This document shows positions 27,720 to 33,000 of a DNA stretch of 33,000 nucleotides, piece by piece (within the stretch, counting starts at the first letter, position 1; the number at the start of each line of letters is the position of its first letter). The position numbers and the translations under genes were made by a program. The notes under the pieces are model-generated. The model was not told the origin of the DNA, made no database searches, and saw only the letters and a list, made by a program, of their open reading frames with translations. Source of the stretch: Octopus sinensis. Lineage: Eukaryota. The stretch covers positions 18,178,464-18,211,463 of the forward strand of contig NC_043011.1 of NCBI RefSeq assembly GCF_006345805.1, in the 5' to 3' direction.

Positions 27720-28068
27720 TGGAGGGCATTTAGGCATTATTTTCTATTTTTGCAGTGTATCTTAGATCACCATTTAAAATGTAGTAAATTTAGTGACAAC
27801 AATCATCCGTTACATTGGTGGCAGCTTTCGGCACATATGTGTTCATATGTATAGAGAATGAATGCTGAAACAACAACCAAATTTTCAGTTAAATAACTCC
27901 TTAAAGCTGAATCATTTTGCATATATAGTCATGTTAACAACTCCATTGTTATTTTAATTGTTATGTCAAGGTAACCAGCGTTAGCATCGATGCCTTGTCG
28001 CAACTTCCCCTATATGTTGTAAGGTATATCGTATCTAGTGGAACGAAACACCCGACTCCAATAGTTTG

Positions 28069-28070
<2 letters not shown>

Positions 28071-28162
<92 letters not shown>
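28071..28162. repeat. (TC)n-(TA)n compound microsatellite
   Basis: Directly visible. Confidence 0.95.
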
Positions 28163-28165
<3 letters not shown>

Positions 28166-28584
28166 CTTGCCTTAAAATAGCAGGTTTTCTATGATTCAAC
28201 TGTAACGTCAATGAATATATTTACGTAAACTTTAAAGCAACAATTTCTGTTAAATACGATTATATGTGCTTTTCTATATCGGGAAAATGTTCTATTATCA
28301 TATGTAAACGATGAGTAGAACATTTACCAGATCTGCAGCGTCCTGTTGATAAAATAGGTTTCGTATGAAATATACGCAAGCTATATATATATTCAAGTAA
28401 ACAAACATAAATATGATTTGTATCGTAATCTGACAAAATTTTCTGAGTCAAATTTTTGAACAATAAATGTCAATTCATACATACATATATTCTTCCTAAC
28501 ATATATGCATACATGTACATATTATATATATATATATATATTATTATATATATATATATATATATATGTACGGGGTGTTGTGTG

Positions 28585-28615
<31 letters not shown>

Positions 28616-28992
28616 ATATGTACGTGTGTGTATGTGTGTGTGCGCGTGCGTAAGTGTGTGTACAATTATAAGATGAGAGGGGCCTTTGTAAGTTTCGAGT
28701 ACTCTGTGTTAGGTATGCAGCAAATTACAGGAACAAAAATAATTTATTCGCAGGCAATGTTTTAGGGTTTTGCTTATTTCGAATTTTGATAAGCTGAAAA
28801 TATTTTGTTACAGCTCAGTGTTAGCAACTTGAGTTGCAATGAATACGAAGAAAAACTGAAATTGAAGAAGTGTTGTAGGCAAACTTCAAGCTACATGCGT
28901 TTCATAAATATCAGATCCTTGGATGTAGTAATTACTGAGCTTGCTGCTCATCAGGGCGAAGTCACCTTAATTATAAAATGGTCACATTTTTG

Positions 28993-29057
28993 TTAAGGAA
29001 TCCCAAGATAGCTCGCGAAGATATAAATTTAGATTGTTCAAATTTGGGATTCCTTAA
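28993..29057. mobile_element. 57-bp TTAA-flanked inverted-repeat mini-element (Kolobok-like MITE candidate)
   Basis: TTAA|GGAATCCCAA (28993-29006) ... TTGGGATTCC|TTAA (29044-29057). A perfect 15-bp inverted repeat spans 28992-29006 and 29044-29058. Confidence 0.45.
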
Positions 29058-29330
29058 CGACAATGTAACCGTCTTGTATTTAAGGCATGTTCAGCCCGCA
29101 GAGTAGTTAGATGAGTACCCATTGTTGTGTAATTATTACATAAGAGTAATAAGTAGGAAACATATGTAGCCTGAATTTTACCTGTTCCACTCATAAAATC
29201 TGGGTTTATTTATACGACGCGAATAAATTATTTTTGTTCCTATAAATTGCTTTATACCTGCCACGGACTACGTGAAACTTACAAACTTCCTACACTTGTA
29301 TCTTTGGTTGTTATAAGATCCTTGGATCTT

Positions 29331-29448
<118 letters not shown>

Positions 29449-29799
29449 GCATAATATAAATAGGGTAGTGATTTTTTTTTTAAAATTCACTATCAGTGTT
29501 ATGGAGCGCTCACTGATGAAGAATTTCGCCTACCAAATTATTTTATTTGCTAGAAAAATTCTAGAAACTTAGGTCTGACCGGAATATAATAAAATAATTT
29601 TAAAAAATTTTTAATTCTTTTTTTAAGATTGCTCTAAACATGTGGCTGTGGTCGTTTTGACTACTTCTTCTAGCTTGTAAAAACTGCCCGTTGAAGGTAG
29701 TTTTCTCTTGTGTTTAAATGTACATTATGTTACACACACACACATACACATACATATATATATATAATAAAACGTCTTATTGACGAGTTTCATTTCTTC

Positions 29800-29887
29800 A
29801 CTTCGCTGAAGAGAAGATTACATTGTTTTACCCATTTTATTCCTTTGGAATAATACCAGTGAGATCTCCGAAACATGTGCCGGAAGT
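29800..29887 (+). ncRNA. Degenerate type I hammerhead ribozyme motif (probable Penelope-like pLTR relic)
   Basis: Helix I 5' ACTTCG; core CTGAAGA (29806-29812); helix II GAAGAT/ATCTCC (5 of 6 pairs); GAAA (29870-29873); palindromic helix III ACATGT; helix I 3' CGGAAGT. The cleavage site is not a canonical NUH. Confidence 0.6.
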
Positions 29888-30085
29888 AAAAGCATTTCAA
29901 TAACACCTGGGTTTAACTCCATTTATTTATCTATTTATATTATACAAAATATTTGACGTAAACCCGAAGCTTATACCTTTAAAAACAAGGAGTTACTACC
30001 TTTTTACTTGTTTTATTTTTTTTGCTACCCTGTTAACTATGTATACTTTTTCCGTGTTACTTGTTAACAAGGGAAAATACACACA

Positions 30086-30138
<53 letters not shown>

Positions 30139-30836
30139 GAATGCACACATACACACACAATATTTATGTTCGTAGTCATACGTTCAAAATTCATTACTGT
30201 ATACGCTATATTTTATTCGACTTTTTAAGTTTTGCTGCATATGACTGAACCAATAGTTCGTAGATTTTCTACAAATTATTGTTAGTTCTATTTTGAGAGC
30301 ATGATTAAACTGCATTTTCACTTCTTTCTTATTTCATAGTTTTCTAAGGAATACAAAATTGACACAAATCACATTATCTTCCGTTATAAATACGAACGCA
30401 AATTCGTATAAATGGTTTTAATTTTATGCTACTTGTGAAATAATTTTACAGCGCGCTGTAAGAATTACATTATTCAGGTTTGCGTGAGCATTTTGATTTC
30501 CAGTTGTCGATTTTAAATTCTAAGCCAGCTCGAAGCATTTACGTTAAAAATCAATATTAGCAGGAAATTTTAAGTTATTGGATATTTCGTGTCTATGAAT
30601 TCAGGATTTATTGTTTACCACCTCGTGTAGTAAGTATTTAAAGTTTGAATTAGATTCTGTCAACACTACAGAACGATAAACAATGATGGCTGCAATGGAA
30701 ATTAGGATGAGTTTTGGAACAAAATTCCCTCATACACATTTAAAAGATAGTGTGAATATTAGGTACTCTTACTTTGGATTTGACACCAAGAAGAATTAGG
30801 TTTGTATGAGGTATAGATTCATGTATTTATTCCTGT

Positions 30837-31125
30837 GTGGAGGCACATGGGCTAGTGGTTGGAGCAGTGGACTCGCGGTCGAGGGATCGCGGGTTCGAAT
30901 CTCGGACCGGGCGATGTGTGTGTTTATGAGCGAAAACACCTAAGATCCACGCAGCTATGGCAGAAGGTAATGGCGAAACTTCCGTTTGCTCTTTCGCTAC
31001 AACTTTCTCTCACTCTTTCCTCCTGCATCTTGCAGCTCACCTGCGACGGACCGGCGTCCCGTCCAGGTGGGGAACCAATACGCCAAGAAACCGGGAAACT
31101 GGACCTTATGAGCCAGGCAGGGCTC
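30837..31125 (+). mobile_element. SINE family C, copy 3, tail missing, abutting the mariner 3' end
   Basis: A box TGGGCTAGTGG and B box GGTTCGAATC. Colinear with copies 1 and 2. No (CAA)n tail. Confidence 0.92.
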
Positions 31126-31130
31126 ATGAG

Positions 31131-32162
31131 AACTACCCAGAGTTACGCATTTCTCCCATCGTTTGATGCAGCTCTGGAGACCGTTTTTGTAAAAGACCCC
31201 AGCTTGGTCCTCCAACCACGACGTGACTTCAGAAATCAAGGCTGCATCATCTGGGAAACGCTTTCCTTTCCAAATCAAACTCATGGCTGGGAAGAGGTGA
31301 ACATCACAGAGTGCAAGGTCAGGAGAGTAGGGGGGATGGGGGAGGAGTTCATAGCCGCACGCCTGTACTTCTAATCTGGCGACACGCGAGTTGTGGACCG
31401 GAGCGTTGTCCTGCAGGAGGAGGATGACTTTGCTGATCTTTCCCCGCCTCTTGATTTTGATAGCTTCTCTTAATTTCCTCCAAAGTGACGCATAATAGGC
31501 TCCTGTAATTGTGGTACCCTTTGCAGGAAATCTGTCATCACTACTCCGTCCTGGTCTCAGAAGACTGTGAGCATGACCTTACCAGCGGAGGGCTGCACCC
31601 TTGCCTTCTTTGGAGGAGGTGAGTCACGGTGCTTCCATTGCATTGACTGGGCTTTGGTCTCTGGATCATAGGGAAGGACCCAGGTTTCATCCTGTGTAAT
31701 CAGTCTTTTGAAAAATTTTGACTCATCTTCTTGGCACATCTCCAAATTCGTCCTCGAGCACTCGACGCGTTCTTGCTTCTGGAAAGGTTTGAGCAACCTG
31801 GAAATCCATCTGCCAGACACCTTTTGCATATGCAAATGGTCATGAATGATAGTTTCCACAGACCCAGTACTAATCCTGACCTCATGGGCTATTTGGCGAA
31901 TAGTTATGCGTCGATCTTCCAAAATGGCAGCCTCAACTTGACAGACAGATGCCTCATCAATAGCAGAAGGGGAGCGACAAGATTTGGGAGCTCTTTCCAC
32001 AGAGTTCCGATCATGTTTGAATTCCCGATGCCAGCGTTTTACAAGGTCATATGATGGAGCATCATAAACATACGTTACTTTTATTTCATCAAAAGTCTCC
32101 CGTGGTGTGCGTTCTTTCAAATACAAAAACCAGATCACTGTTTGACACTCAACAGGCTACAT
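31131..32162 (-). pseudogene. Mariner transposase pseudogene
   Basis: ATG at 32162, then M*PVECQTVIWFLYLK; HTH region; WISRLL (cf. WVP.LL); ITQDETWV..YDPETKAQSMQW; KVMLTVF*DQDG; QDNAPVH; HPPYSPDLALCD (exactly 34 residues between D2 and D3); FYKNGLQSCIKRWEKCV. Stops at 32157-32159 and 31557-31559, and a 1-nt deletion near 31525. Confidence 0.95.
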
Positions 32163-32311
32163 TTCACACTTGACTCAGTTCAGACACCTGTAAATCAGAA
32201 ACCACAATTAGTTCAGAGCTGTAATTTGCCACTTAATCTATAGAGCTATAAATAATTGCATTAAACAATTGCAAGTGGGTCAGGGGCATTTCTTATTGAA
32301 CGTCTCTCGTA
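31131..32311 (-). mobile_element. Mariner (DD34D) DNA transposon, 3'-truncated, 5' TIR retained
   Basis: Minus strand begins TA-CGAGAGACGTTCAATAAGAAATGCCCCTGACCCACTT at 32311. No matching TIR was found on the left. Confidence 0.9.
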
Positions 32312-32370
32312 CATAATTCCTCATCTCTTAAATATAGAACTATGTAAAATTTCGTTGTAACAGATATATA

Positions 32371-33000
32371 TCCAGAGTTTGGACAAAGTAATGGATACAC
32401 CGAGCATCATAGCATTATAATATTGAAATTGCTATAAAACCGTCAGAAACTTGTATATTTATATGTGTTTTTTTATATTTATAAATTAATGACAGATCTA
32501 TCGGACTTTCAAAGAGGTCAAATTCTTGGTGCTGGTATGGCAGGCGCTAGCGTAACGAAATCAGCTGAAACGTTTTGTGCATCATGAAGTACTGTCTTGA
32601 AAGCAATGATAGCCTTTGAGAAAGAGGAAAAACCTCCTCTTCGAATTAGAACTCAAGAAGTAAACCAAAACATTCAGTTAGGGACCGTTGGACTCTTACG
32701 CGACTTATTGGAAAGGATCACATACATACAGCTCCCAAAATTACTGCAGAATTTAATTATCACCACGAGAGCCAGTTTCCACAAAAACTGTTCTCCGGGA
32801 GCTGCATAAAGCCGGATTTCATGAAAGGGCTGCAATCAGAAAGCCACTGCATTCAAAAACAAACGTTGCAATGCGTTTAGAGTGGAGTAAAAACCTACGG
32901 AATTAGTCCCTAGAATTAGTACTAGTGTTATTTTCTAGGACGAGACATCCTTTGGCTTATTACCAAACAGCGTCCGAGTATAGGTGTGGAGACAGCCAAA
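32371..33000 (+). mobile_element. Tc1-like DNA transposon, 5' part (runs off the window)
   Basis: TA-preceded TIR-like CCAGAGTTTGGACAAAGTAATGGATACACC upstream of a decayed transposase. The TIR boundary is approximate. Confidence 0.75.
32489..33000 (+). pseudogene. Tc1-like transposase pseudogene (N-terminal HTH regions and first catalytic D)
   Basis: MTDLSDFQRGQILGAGMAGASVTKSAETF..S*STVLKAM; KPKHSVRDRWTL; TAPKITAEFN; PVSTKTVLRELHKAGFH.RAAIRKPL; RLEWSK; FS-DETSF; VWRQP. Multiple stops and frameshifts. Confidence 0.9.

Noticed and set aside
29483-29578. 13/16 inverted repeat with CTGATGA and a downstream CTGA (C/D snoRNA or hammerhead?)
   Set aside because: No terminal stem or recognisable guide for a snoRNA, and no helix II/GAAA for a hammerhead.
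30800-30836. Possible missing 3' TIR of the mariner upstream of SINE C copy 3
   Set aside because: Only TA(T/C)GAG and CCTG match the 5' TIR; too weak to call.
30859-31374. 171-aa plus-strand ORF and 95-aa minus-strand chimeric ORF
   Set aside because: The plus-strand ORF is SINE sequence read into antisense transposase; the minus-strand ORF is the transposase tail read into antisense SINE. Neither has evidence of function.

Overview
AT-rich, microsatellite-dense eukaryotic non-coding DNA (intron or intergenic). The repeat families resemble, from memory and not from a database search, those of Octopus/coleoid cephalopods. No complete host gene is visible. Nearly all ORF-track entries are artefacts of microsatellites or SINEs, or are transposon relics. 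Mobile elements identified: (i) at least four tRNA-derived SINE families, labelled A, C, D and E here, about 14 copies, including two head-to-tail arrays; (ii) a decayed but nearly full-length CR1/L2-type LINE ORF2 (APE endonuclease + RT, minus strand, ~16.2-19.0 kb) with a compound microsatellite lodged inside the RT core; (iii) a mariner DD34D transposase pseudogene with its 5' TIR (31.1-32.3 kb, minus); (iv) a Tc1-like transposase pseudogene running off the right edge; (v) a mariner-derived MITE carrying a SINE with a 14-bp TSD; (vi) a Penelope-like GIY-YIG C-terminal fragment; (vii) a probable RTE-like relic. The most interesting structural signals are a degenerate type I hammerhead ribozyme with an unusually long loop II (29800-29887), evidence that SINE family A inserts at GGTATTT (a motif it carries itself) and so builds tandem arrays, and a 57-bp TTAA-flanked Kolobok-like mini-element. 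Two isolated exon candidates lie on opposite strands and remain unconfirmed.
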